Below are positions 40,723 through 50,959 of a stretch of 64,000 nt of DNA, in pieces. The DNA is from an uncultured Solirubrobacterales bacterium (GTDB taxonomy: Bacteria > Actinomycetota > Thermoleophilia > Solirubrobacterales > 70-9). Positions within the stretch are counted from its first letter, which is position 1. Each line of letters opens with the position of its first letter. The stretch lies in the NCBI GenBank assembly GCA_963733075.1, contig CAVTCA010000022.1, positions 41,709-105,708 of the forward strand, in the 5' to 3' direction. Both the position numbers and the translations under genes were made by a program. Below the pieces are notes generated by a model that saw only the letters and a program-made list of their open reading frames with translations, searched no databases and was not told where the DNA came from.

Positions 40723-42214
40723 ATGACGAGGACATCCAGACTGCAGCCGCTCGCGAGAGCGGTCCTGCGCACGCAAACGGATGAACGCCTGGCCGCGCTC
40801 GCGCGGTCGGGCAAGGACGCCGCGTTCGAGGAGATCGTCCGGCGGTATCGCTCCGGCCTGGTCGCCTTCGCGGCGGCGTACGGCCCCCCCGATCCCGAGG
40901 ACGTGGTCCAGGAGAGCCTGGCCCGCTCGTGGGAGGCATTGCGCGAATCGACCGGAGAGATGCACTTGAAGCCCTGGCTGTACACGATCGTCCGCAACCG
41001 AGCCCTGAACGCCCGCCGCGACAACCGCACGCACGAGCCGCTCACCGAGCACGAGCCGATCGACGACGCCGGCCAGCCGCCCGAGATCGTGCTCACCAAC
41101 GAGGAGCTGGATCGGGCCGTGGCCGCGGTCGCGACCCTTCCCGACTCCCAACGCGAGGCGCTCGTGCGCAGCGCGCTCGAGGGCCACACGCATGAGCAGA
41201 TCGCGAGCGCGATCGGGTCGACGCCCGGCGCCGTGCGACAGCTGATCTACCGCGCGCGGATCGCGGTGCGCCACGGCGTCGGGCTGGTGATCCCGCTGCC
41301 GATCGTCGCCGCGCTGGCCCAGCTCGGAGCCGGCGGCGCCGCCGCCGGAGCGGGCGGAGCGGCGGCGGCCGGTGGCGCGGCGGCGGGAGCGGCCGGCGGC
41401 GGCTCGGTGGCCACCAAGGCGGCTGTCGCCGTGGCCGTGGCGGCGGTAGCCGCCGGCTCCGGGGTGGCGATCGAACGCTCCCGCGACGGTGGCGAGCGCG
41501 ATCAGGAGCCGAAACTGAGCAAGGCCGACGACGGAGGCTCGGGCGGCACCGCCTCGCCCGCCCCCGCCGCCCCGGTGGGGTCCGGATCCGGTGGGCAATC
41601 GGGCACGAGCTCCGGGGGCAGCGGTTCCAGCGGCGGCAGCGGCTCCAGCGACTCCGGCACGGGCGATGGCTCCGGCGCCGGACAGGGAGCGATCACGGAT
41701 CGGGGTCGGAGGGCCCCGGCGGGGATGGGTCGGACGGCGACGACTCGAGCGGTCCCGGGCCCGGCGAGTCGGATCGGAGTCGGAGTCGGAGTCGGAGCCG
41801 GACAGCTCCGGTCCCGGCTCCGGGGCGTCGGAGCCCGAGCCCGACGACGACTCCGGTCCCGGGGGATCGGGATCCAGCGGCCCGGGCCACGGCGACTCCT
41901 CCGGCAGCGGCCACGGCGGCTCCTCCGGCGGTAGCGGGTCGTCGGGCAGCGGTGGATCGTCTGGCAGCGGCTCGTCGGGCAGCGGGTCGTCGGGCAGCGG
42001 TGGCTCCTCGGGGCCGGGCGGCGAGGCGGAGGCCGAGCCGCCCGATCCCGTCGACGACAGCTCGGGATCCGGTGAAGGCTCGAGCGGGTTCGGCGACAGC
42101 GGTAGCGGTAGCGGCGACTCGGGCGGCGGGAGCGGGAGCAGCGGCTCCGGGAGCGCGAGCAGCGGCTCCGGGGGCGGCGACGCGCCCGAGCTCGAGCCGC
42201 CCGAGCTCGACTGA
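40723..42214 (+). CDS. ECF (sigma-70 family) sigma factor continuing, as sequenced, into two hydrophobic segments and a long Gly/Ser/Asp-rich tail; frame shift(s) about 41700-41780
   Basis: GAAGGAG Shine-Dalgarno motif 3 nt before ATG 40723. Region 2: FEEIVRRYRSGLVAFA...EDVVQESLARSWEAL...PWLYTIVRNRALNARR. Region 4: LPDSQREALVRSALEGHTHEQIASAIGSTPGAVRQLIYRAR. This is followed by GLVIPLPIVAALAQLG... and AAVAVAVAAVAAGSGVAI, then GS-rich low complexity ending ...APELEPPELD at 42214 (ORF 41591..42214). Confidence 0.7.
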
Positions 42215-42221
42215 GGGCTGC

Positions 42222-43119
42222 TCAGCGCCAGCGCGGCCGCAGGCCGGAGAGCCGCGGCTTCGGCTGCGCGCGGAGCACCGGCTCGAGGGCCTCGGCGAGC
42301 TCCGCCGGACGCGGCCGCAGTCCGGGCTCGACGGCCAGGCATGCGAGCACCGGTTCGGCGATCACGGCGGGCAGCGGGCCCGGCTCGGGGTCGTGGTCGA
42401 GCTGCGGCCAGCGCTCGAGCGGATCACTCGCCTTCGGGTCGCCGTTCGGGAACGGCCGCTTGCCGGTGGCCGCTCGATACAGGGTCGCGCCGAGCCCCCA
42501 GATGTCCGCCGGCGCCCCCACCGGGCCCAGAGCGACCGGGTCGCACTGCTCGGGCGCCATGTAGGAGTCGGTGCCGACCGAGCGCTCGAGCGCGGCGGCG
42601 GCCTCGGCCGTGACCGCGACGCTGAGGTCGATCAGCCTCGGGGGCGCGCTCATGATCGTGTTGGCGGGCTTGACGTCGAGATGGACCACCCGCTCGGCCG
42701 CGAGGTAGTGCAGTGCCGAGCACAGCTGACAGAGCCAGTGGCACGAGCTGCTCGGGCGGCAACGGTCCATGGCGCCGGACCAGGGTCGAGAGGCGCGGCC
42801 CCTCGAGGTGCTCGAGCACGAGGTGGGGCACGGACCCGTCCAGGACCGCGTCGAAGCTCCGCAGGATCACCGGGTGGTCGAGCCGATCGAGCATCGCCGC
42901 CTCGCCGGCGAGCCCGGCGAGCGTGTGCTCGTCGTCGACCAGGTGCGGACGCACGAGCTTCGCGACGACGATCGCGTGCAGGCGCTCGTCGAAAGCCAGA
43001 TACGCCTCGTAGCGGTGCCCGCCGCCGAGCCGGCGCAGCGCGTGACGGCCGGGGACGATCTCGTCGCCCTCGGCCAGGTCCCAGCGCTCGGCGTCGGTCT
43101 TCGCGGTCAGGATGGTCAC
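42222..43119 (-). CDS. Ser/Thr protein kinase, catalytic domain only; frame shift about 42760
   Basis: From GTG 43119: LRRLGGGHRYEAYLA (Gly loop), IVVAKL (Lys), EAAMLDRLDHP, and then in ORF 42222..42770 HLDVKPANTIM, IDLSVAV, GTDSYMAPEQ, DIWGLGATLY. Confidence 0.8.
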
Positions 43120-43141
43120 GATCGCAGCTCGATCAACGACG

Positions 43142-43173
43142 CGGCGGGCGGAGCCATGGAGCCCCGCCCGCCG
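43142..43173 (-). terminator. 10-bp GC stem hairpin downstream of the repeat-protein gene
   Basis: CGGCGGGCGG (43142-43151) pairs with CCGCCCGCCG (43164-43173) across a 12-nt loop. There is no clear U-tract. Confidence 0.3.
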
Positions 43174-43192
43174 GCGTCGAGACGGTGTTCGG

Positions 43193-43762
43193 CTAGCCCC
43201 GGCCCGTGCCGGTCGAGGTCTGACCGCGCGTACGGGTGCCGGTCGAGGTGTCACCGCGCGTACGGGTGCCGGTGGCGGTGTCCTTCGTCCCCGTATCGCT
43301 CTTGCCGGTGCCCCGAGTGGTACCCGTGGCCGTGTCGGCATCGTCCTCACCGCGGGTCTTCGTGCCCGTGGCGGTGTCGTTGGTGGCGGTGTTGCTGGCG
43401 CCGGTCGCCTGCGTGGTCCCGGTCGCCGTGTCACCGTGCGTTCCCGTGTCGCCGTGGGTCCCGGTGTCGCCGTGGGTCCCGGTGTCGGCGGTATCCGGAT
43501 CGCCCTCGGTCGCCGTGTCGTCCTCGCCATGACCGTGGCCGGAGTCATCGTCGTCGCCGGAGCCGGGCCCGGAGCTGTCGTCGTCGTCCTCGTCGCCGTC
43601 GCCGTCGTGGCCCGGGCCCGAATCGCGCTTGGCGGCGATCTTGTCGCCGTCGTCGGCGCTCGCCGCGACCACGCTGACGGCGCTGAAGCAGAACGCCGCG
43701 ATCAGCAGCAGCATGAAGGCGAAGCTGACCCGGTTCAGGATCGTCGGCTTTGTCGCGTCCAC
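43193..43762 (-). CDS. secreted Thr/Gly/Asp-rich tandem-repeat protein, unknown function
   Basis: GTG start preceded by GAGGAGG. Signal peptide: MDATKPTILNRVSFAFMLLLIAAFCFSAVSVVAASA. An acidic stretch follows, then (GDTGTH)x3 and repeated TGT(R/K)TRG(D/Q)TS units. Confidence 0.65.
   Translation of the reverse strand: MDATKPTILNRVSFAFMLLLIAAFCFSAVSVVAASADDGDKIAAKRDSGPGHDGDGDEDDDDSSGPGSGDDDDSGHGHGEDDTATEGDPDTADTGTHGDTGTHGDTGTHGDTATGTTQATGASNTATNDTATGTKTRGEDDADTATGTTRGTGKSDTGTKDTATGTRTRGDTSTGTRTRGQTSTGTGRG
43428..43490. repeat. 18-nt tandem repeat (about 3.5 units) encoding GDTGTH units
   Basis: GTGTCGCCGTGGGTCCCG is repeated at 43446 and 43464, with diverged flanking units. A second 33-nt-period repeat lies at about 43216-43269. 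Confidence 0.8.
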
Positions 43763-43882
43763 TGTTTCCTCCTCGCTCGTGTGTTCTCGTCTCGATCGAG
43801 GCCGTACGCCTGGCCTCGGTCCAAGAACACGCCCGCTCGCCGACCATCACGCGAGCGTGAGAGAAGTGCGCTTTGCGACGAG

Positions 43883-46502
43883 CTACTTCGCCGCCAGCCA
43901 GTCGGCGCCGATGCCGACGTCGACCGCCAGCGGCGGGTCGAGCTCGAAGGCGCCGACCATCTCGCGGCGGGCGATCTCGGCCGCCCCCTCGATCTCGTCC
44001 TCCGGGCCCTCGAACAGCAGCTCGTCGTGGATCTGGAGCACGAGCTCGGTCTCCAGGCCCGCCTCCGCGACGGCGCGGTGGCAGTTGACCATCGCCACCT
44101 TGATGATGTCGGCCGCGGTGCCCTGGATCACGGTGTTGACCGCGAGCCGTTCGCCGAGCAGGCGCCGCTGCCGGTTGCCGGAACGGAGCTCGGGGATGTT
44201 TCGCCGCCTGCCCATCAGCGTGGTCACCGACCCGCGCTCGCTCGGCGGCGGCGATCGTCTCGTCGATGAACGCCTTGACGGCCGGGAAGCGCTCGAAGTA
44301 GCGCTCGATATAGGTCGCGGCCTCGTCGCGCTCGATGTTGAGCCGGTCGGCGAGCCCGAAGGCGGAGAGGCCGTAGGCGATCCCGTAGTTGACCATCTTC
44401 GCCTTCGAGCGCTCGGCGGGGGTGATCGCCTCGGGGTCGGCGCCGATGATCCCGGCCGCGGTGGCTGCGTGGACGTCCTCGCCGGAGGCGAAGATCTGGC
44501 GCAGAACGTCCTCGCCGGCGACGTGCGCGAGGACCCGCAGCTCGACCTGGTTGTAGTCGCACGACAGCAGCCGGTTGCCCGGCTCGGCGACGAAGCACGA
44601 ACGCACCGGGCGACCGACCTCGGAGCGGATCGGGATGTTCTGCAGGTTCGGGTTCGTGCTCGAGAGCCGCCCGGTCGCCGCGGTCACCTGGTTGAACGTG
44701 GTGTGGATCCTGCCGTCGTCCTCGACCAGGGCCGGAAGCGAGTCGAGGTAGGTGTTCTTGAGCTTGGTCAGCTCGCGCCAGCGCTCGACCTTGGCGACGA
44801 TCGGATGCTCGTCGCGAAGCTGGCCGAGCACCCGCGCGTCGGTCGAGTACCCGGTCTTGCCGCGGCGCTTCTTGGTCAGCCCGAGCTCGTCGAAGAAGAC
44901 GATGCCGAGCTGCTGCGGGGAGCCAATCGTGAACTCGCGCCCGGCGTGGTCGTAGATCTCGCGCTCGAGCTGTTCGATCTGCTCGGCCATCCCGGCGCCG
45001 ATTTCGGCCAGGCGCTCGGTGTCGAGGCGGAGGCCGATCCGCTCCATCTCGGCGAGCACCTCGATCAGCGGCATCTCGACCTCGTTCAGCAGCCGTTCGA
45101 CGCCGAACTCGCCGAGGCGCTCGCGCTGGCGACCTGCGAGCTCGCCGGCCAGGCGGGCGTCGACGGCGGGGTCGCCGGCGGCCTCGCCCTCCTCGGCGGC
45201 GAGCGAGAGCTGCCCGTCCTCGGCCCCCGCCGGCGCCGCCGCCAGACCGGCGTCGGCCGCGAGCTCGTGTAGGTCATAGGTGCGGCGGGCCGGGTCGATC
45301 AGATAGGCGGCGACCATCGTGTCGTGCGCGAGGTCGAGCCCCTCCGGCCGGGCCGCGGCGAGCAGACTCTCGCGTCCGTGCCCGCCCAGGCCCTTGATGT
45401 CGTGGCCGATCAGAGGCCGGCTCCGGAGCTCGCCGGCGAGCGCGGCCAGGTCGGTGGCGTCCCCCGCCAGCACCCGGGTGCCGTCGCTGGCCGCCCAGCG
45501 GCCGCCGGCGATCGCGATCGCTATCGGGCCCTCGGCGAGCTGGGCCGGCGAGCCCTCCTCGGCCTCGACCTCGATCGTCTCCTCGACCATCCGGCCGGGG
45601 ACGACCTCGTCCCACTCGTCGTCGAGCCGCTGGATCACGGCCCGAAGCTCGAACTCGTTCGCGGCGTCACGCAGCTTCGAACGATCCGGCGAGCCACGAA
45701 GCTCCTCGGTGATCATCAGCGGCACGTCGACGTCGGTGACCATCGTCGCCAGCCGCTTCGAGATCCGGGCATCGTCAGCGTGCTCGGTCAGGTTCTCCTT
45801 GCGCTTCGCTCCCGAGATCTCGTCGACCGAGCCCAGCACCCCCTCGAGGTCGCCGAACCGCTGCAGCAGCTGGGCCGCGGTCTTGTCCCCGATTCCCGGG
45901 ACGCCGGGGATGTTGTCGGAGGTGTCGCCCTTGAGGCCGATGAAGTCGGCGACCAGCTCGGGCGGCACGCCGTAGCGCTCGACGACCCCCTCGGCGTCGT
46001 ACACCTTCGTGTCCGTGACCCCGCGCGAGGTGGTCATCACGCGGACGCCGTCGCGGACCAGCTGGTAGACGTCGCGATCGCCCGAGACGATCATCACCGG
46101 GACGCCCGCGTCGGCCGCCTGGCGGGTGAGGGTCGCGATCACGTCGTCGGCCTCGTAGCCCTCGACGTCGACGTTCTTGAACCCGAACGCCTCGGCCAGC
46201 GGCGCCAGGTGCGGCCACTGCTCCCGGAGCAGATCGGGGCGCGACTTGCGCTGCGACTTGTAGTCGGCGTAGACCTTCTCGCGCCCCGACCAACCCTTGT
46301 CCCAGGCGACGATCACCGCCTTCGGCGAGTGGTCGATGAGGATCTTCGCCATCATCGACGCGAACCCGTAGATCGCGTTGGTGGGTCTCCCATCCGCGGT
46401 GGCGATGGATTCCGGGAGCGCGAAGAAGGCACGGTAGGCGAGCGAGTTCCCGTCGATCAGGAACACCTCCTGGCCCTTCCCGTTGTCCGCCTTCTTGGGC
46501 AT
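43883..46502 (-). CDS. polA: DNA polymerase I; one frame shift about 44225
   Basis: ORF 43545..46502 holds the 5' nuclease and polymerase domains (FLIDGNSLAYRAFFALPE..., ...RLHTTFNQVTAATGRLSSTNPNLQNIP...). The final 114 aa are in ORF 43883..44227 (...RRLLGERLAVNTVIQGTAADIIK...QIHDELLFE...). Confidence 0.97.
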
Positions 46503-46528
46503 GCATCGATCTTATGGAGCCGGCGTGG

Positions 46529-46562
46529 CGAGTTTCAGTCGCATAGCGACTGGAAGTCGCCA
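46529..46562. repeat. direct repeat, copy A, at the 3' end of the DUF559 gene
   Basis: 29 of 34 positions are identical to 47358..47391 in the same orientation. It contains the inverted repeat CAGTCGC-ATA-GCGACTG. Confidence 0.7.
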
Positions 46563-47382
46563 TCGGCGCGGAGGGAGGCGGCGACGGCCGCCGGGTCGCG
46601 TTGAAGCTGCCTGGCCGAGAAGCGCCGCACACGGATGCCGCGAGCATGAAGGACGAGCTCGCGCTCACGGTCGTCCTCGAATGCTTGGCGCCCTCGATGA
46701 GCCGCATAACCGTCGATCTCGACGACCAACCGCTGCGCGCGCCAAAGGAAGTCGACCGTGTACAGGCCGATCGGAACGTTGACCTCAGGGAGTGGCAGCC
46801 GATGGCGTCGCAGAGGCGAAGGAAGTCCAGTTCGGCGTCGCTGCGGGTGCGGTCGGTCTCGATCCCGGTCGAGAGCCCGAGATACTCCGCTTGGCGTACC
46901 GCGCGCCGCAGGTGCTCGGCGCGATCGAGCCGCGGAGGTCGGCCAAGGTCCGAGCGACGGTGGTGACCGGGATGCCGTGATGGACCGTCGTGCTCTCATC
47001 GGCAGTGAGGGTGAGCGATGGATGCGAAGGCCGCGACGCCTGCCGCGACCGCCCCGGGTCGGGGTCGTGACGTGGACGAGCCCCGGATCAGCGTCAAGCA
47101 GGCTCCAGAGCTCGGCCGCGCTGCGGTGGCTGAGGACGGCGCCCATGCCGCAGGCCAGGACGCCCGCCATCCACCTGCCCTCATTGCTCAACCCGGGGTG
47201 ACCGACCGCGTACACGCCGCGGTGACTCGGTGCAGACGTCCGATCGCCGCCCGGCGCTGGACTCCGCTCTGGGTGAGACCGGCATCGATCAGCTGCGCGA
47301 ATGAGACGACGCCGTGCTGGCGGGACGCTTTCGCCGCCACCTGCCCATCCGGACCGTCGAGTTGCAGTCGCATATCGACCAC
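46535..47382 (-). pseudogene. DUF559 (endonuclease-like) protein with AbiEi_4-like N-terminal domain; at least 2 frame shifts
   Basis: N-terminus, ORF 47188..47382: ...ASRQHGVVSFAQLIDAGLTQSGVQRRAAIGRLHRV. Middle: HRGVYAVGHPGLSNEGRWMAGVLACG..AVLSHRSAAELW. C-terminus: LPLPEVNVPIGLYTVDFLWRAQRLVVEIDGYAAHRGRQAFEDDRERE (ORF 46535..47416). The central part is unreadable in any single frame. Confidence 0.7.
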
Positions 47383-47391
47383 AAGTCGCCA
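47358..47391. repeat. direct repeat, copy B, at the 5' end of the DUF559 gene
   Basis: See copy A. It covers the start codon region, MVDMRLQLDG. Confidence 0.7.
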
Positions 47392-47432
47392 ACCGGCCGA
47401 GTTCGCCCCCCCGCATAGACTCGCGCCGCTAC

Positions 47433-48882
47433 ATGGCCAGCGTCTCCGCCCAGTTCTCGGTCACCGTGCGCGTCGAGCTCGACGCCCGCGCGGAGCCGCT
47501 CGGCAAGCTCACCGCCTCGATCGCCGAGGCCGGCGGGGCGCTTCAGGGCGTCGACCTGGTCCCGGGCGCCGGCGCCGAGGGAAAGCGGGTGCGGGAGTTC
47601 ACGATCGACGCGCGCGACCAGGCGCACTGGGAGGAGATCCTGCGGGCGATCGGCTCGACCCGGGGCGCGCGGGTGATCGACTACGTCGACCGGACGCTGG
47701 CGATGCACCGCGGCGGCAAGATCGAGCAGCACAACAAGTACCCGCTGAAGACCCGCGACGACCTCTCGATGGCCTACACGCCGGGCGTCGCCCGGGTCTG
47801 CATGGAGATCCACGAGGACCGCAAGAAGGCCTTCGACTTCACGATCAAGCGGAACACCGTCGCGGTCGTCTCCGACGGCTCGGCCGTGCTCGGCCTCGGC
47901 GACATCGGACCGGAGGCGGCGATGCCGGTGATGGAGGGCAAGGCGATGCTGTTCAAGGAGTTCGCCGACATCGACGCCTTCCCGATCTGCCTCGACACCC
48001 ACGACCCGGAGAAGATCATCGAGGCGGTGCGGCTGATGGCGCCGACCTTCGGCGGGATCAACCTCGAGGACATCTCCGCCCCCCGCTGCTTCGAGATCGA
48101 GGACGCGGCTCAAGGAGGAGCTCGACATCCCGGTCTTCCACGACGACCAGCACGGGACCGCGGTGGTGACGATGGCGGCGCTGTTCAACGCGCTGAAGAT
48201 CGTCGGCAAGCCGATCGAGGAGCTGAACGTGCTGATGACCGGGCTCGGCGCCGCGGGGGTCGCGGTGACGAAGATGATGCTCGCCTCCGGGGTGACGAGG
48301 ATCATCGGCTGCGATCGCAAGGGCGCGCTCTCGACCACCCGCGAGGACTTCGAGCAGATGACGGAGATCAAGCGCTGGTACTCCGAGAACTCCAACCCCG
48401 AGCACCGGCTCGGCACGCCGTCCGAGGTGATCGAGGGCGCCGACCTGTTCGTCGGCCTCTCCGGCCCGGGCGTGATCGAGGCGTCCGAGCTCGAGCGCAT
48501 GAACGACGACGCGATCGTCTTCGCGATGGCCAACCCGACGCCCGAGGTGATGCCCGAAGAGGCCGAGCCGTACGTCCGGATCATGGCCACCGGTCGCTCG
48601 GACTACCCGAACCAGATCAACAACGTGCTCGCCTTCCCCGGGATCTTCCGCGGCGCGCTCGACGCCGGCGCCCCGCGGATCACCGAGGAGATGAAGCTCG
48701 CCGCGGCCCAGGGGATCGCCGACGTGGTCGCCGACGAGGATCTCTCCGAGGACTACATCATCCCGTCGGTGTTCGACCGCGACGTGGCCCCGGCCGTCGC
48801 CAAGGCGGTGGTCGAGGAGGCCCGGCGCGACGGGATCGCCCGGGTCTCGGAGGAGACGGGTACGTTTTCGACGATCGAGTAG
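47433..48882 (+). CDS. NAD(P)-dependent malic enzyme with N-terminal ACT domain; frame shift about 48105
   Basis: ORF 47301..48911 from ATG 47433: ...[28 protein letters not shown]...[42 protein letters not shown]...[18 protein letters not shown]. It continues in ORF 48163..48882 (...MANPTPEV...[20 protein letters not shown]). Confidence 0.9.
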
Positions 48883-48943
48883 CGGCGGGCGCCGTCGCCG
48901 AAGCCGAGTAGGCGGGACCCTCTCGGGTAAAGGAGGTTTGGTC

Positions 48944-49853
48944 ATGCGTGTCCTCGTCAGCGGTGCATCCGGATTGATCGGCTCGGCCGTCTGCGACGCG
49001 CTGCTGGCGCGCGGCGACGAGGTCGCCGGGCTGAGCCGCGACCCGGCGAAGGCGCGGGCGAGCAACCCGACCGTGTCCTGGCATGCGTGGGACCCCGCCA
49101 ACGAGCGCCCCCCTGAGGCCGCCTTCGAGGGGGTCGACGCGGTCGTCAACCTGGTCGGCGAGGAGATCAACCAGCGGCTCACCGACGAGGCCAAGCAGCG
49201 GATCCGCGAGAGCCGCGTGCGGGCGACGAAGAACCTCGTCGACGGGATGCTCGCCGCGACCCCGGGCCCGCGCACCCTCGTCAGCCAGGCCGCGATCGGC
49301 ATCTACGGCGATCACGGTGAGACGGTCGTCGACGAGTCGACGCCGCCGGCCGAGGGATTTCTGCCGCAGGTGGTGGTCGACTGGGAGCACGAGGCGCGCA
49401 AGGCCGAGAGCGCCGGCGTGCGAGTCGTGATCTTCCGGACGGGCCTGATCCTCGACCCCGACGGCGGCCTGCTGAAGCAGCTCGTGCCGCCGTTCCGGCT
49501 CGGGGTCGGCGGGCCGCTCGCGGGTGGCGACTTCTACATGCCGTGGATCCACCGCGACGACGAGGTCGGGCTGATCCTGTGGGCGCTCGACAACCCGCAG
49601 GTGAGCGGCACGCTGAACGCGACCGCGCCGGTGCCGGTCACCAACCGCACGTTCTCGAAAGCGCTCGGCAAGGCGCTGAACCGCCCGTCGTTCGTGCCCG
49701 CGCCGCGATTCGCGATCGTCGCCATGCGCGGCGAAGAGCTCGCCGAGCAGATCACCGGCAGCTACCGGGTGATCCCCCGGCGCGCCCAGGACCTCGGCTA
49801 CGACGTTCCGATTCGACCGAGGTCGAGCCGCGCTCGCCGACCTCTTCGCCTAG
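48944..49853 (+). CDS. TIGR01777-type (YfcH-like) NAD-dependent epimerase family protein; frame shift about 49805
   Basis: AAAGGAGG lies 7 nt before ATG 48944. MRVLVSGASGLIGSAVCDAL...SWIH-type block MPWIHRDDEVG...NATAPVPVTN. The C-terminus ...RAALADLFA-TAG is only reached in another frame. Confidence 0.8.
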
Positions 49854-50959
49854 CCGGCCTCGATCACCTCGATCGGACGCGGCCTGCCAGGGCGGGCGAA
49901 GCTCGTAGCCGGTCATCCGCTCCAGGGTCGTCTCGCCGAGCTCGTCGATCGAGTAGGTCCCGAGCACCGAATCGCGCTCGGTGGTGGCGAAGAAGGCGTC
50001 GATCACGGCGGCGCGGTCGGTCGGGTCGGAGGCGCGGTCGATGGAGTCGAGGATGACCGCCATCGCCTCGTAGCCGTAGGCGGCGTAGCGCCCCGGCCGA
50101 CGGTCGTACTCCGCCTCGAAGGCGCGCGCGAACTCGCGGCCGGCGGGAGGGAGCTGCGACGGGTCGAGGGCGGCCGAGGTCACGTAGCTCGCGTCGAGCA
50201 GCGATGCCCCGGTCCCGAGCAGCCAGGAACGCGTCGTTGAGGATCTGGCTCGGCTCGCCTCCGACGACGACGTCGTCGGCCTGATGGCGGAAACTCGCGG
50301 GGTAGCCGGCGAGATAGCGACGGTCGCCGGGTGAGCCGGGCAGCTCGCTCTCGAACCCGGCGGCGAGGGCCTCGCCGAACGGTGTGCCGTCGTCCTCGAC
50401 CCGCGACCTGATCCCAGCCGAGCTCGCGGGCCCAGGCTCCGGCGGCCGCGCCCTGCGCGGTGTCGCTGGGGATCACGCGGCCGAAGCTGCGCTCGCCCGT
50501 CGGCTGCGTCTCCGGGACGTCGTTGGTGCCGGGGACCGCGACCAGGTCCTCGGCCGCGCTCGCCGGCGAGACCTGGAGCAGGCGGGCGGAGTTGGTGATC
50601 GGCAGCGAGGCGCGCGTGGCTCCGGACTCGAACTCGCCCAGGTACGCGATCGCGGTCGAGTCCTGGGTCGCGGTGCGGGCGTTGGCGGCCGCCTCCGCCG
50701 GAGTCCAGCCGAGCCCGTCACCACCGCCGGGCATGTCGTCGAAGAACCTCGCCTCGACCGGGACCCCGGCCGCCTCGCCACCCGCTTCGGCGAGGGCCAT
50801 GCGGGCGCCATCGGCGGCGTCGCGGCCGTCGGGCCCGAGCTGCGACAGGCTGACGTAGACCGTCAGGGTCGGATCGCCGGCTTCCTCGCCTCCGCCGCCA
50901 CAGCCGGCCGCCGCGGCAACGACGACCGTCAGGACGCTAACCGAGAAACGCTTCCGCAA
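49850..50959 (-). CDS. periplasmic substrate-binding lipoprotein (type 1 PBP, branched-chain amino acid ABC-type); several frame shifts
   Basis: MRKRFSVSVLTVVVAAAAGCGGGG (lipobox) plus ...AIAYLGEFESGATRASLPITNSARLLQVSPAS... (ORF 50180..50959). The C-terminal part is in ORF 49752..50183 (...YAAYGYEAMAVILDSI...). The true end ...RPRPIEVIEAG-TAG comes from my own translation. Confidence 0.65.

Noticed and set aside
40690-42342. 550-aa antisense ORF across the ECF sigma / GS-rich region
   Set aside because: It has low-complexity Pro/Ser/Gly/Arg composition mirroring the GS-rich sense strand. The sense strand has a strong Shine-Dalgarno motif and clear sigma-70 regions.
42222-43119. Kinase as an inactive pseudokinase
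   Set aside because: The catalytic Lys, the HxD Asp, the Asn of the catalytic loop, the Asp of DLS and the APE motif are all present. Only the RD arginine and the FG of DFG differ.
49850-49853. Convergent epimerase and binding-protein genes sharing CTAG, so that their two TAG stops overlap
   Set aside because: This is a curiosity only. Both C-termini were reconstructed across frame shifts, so the exact ends are uncertain.
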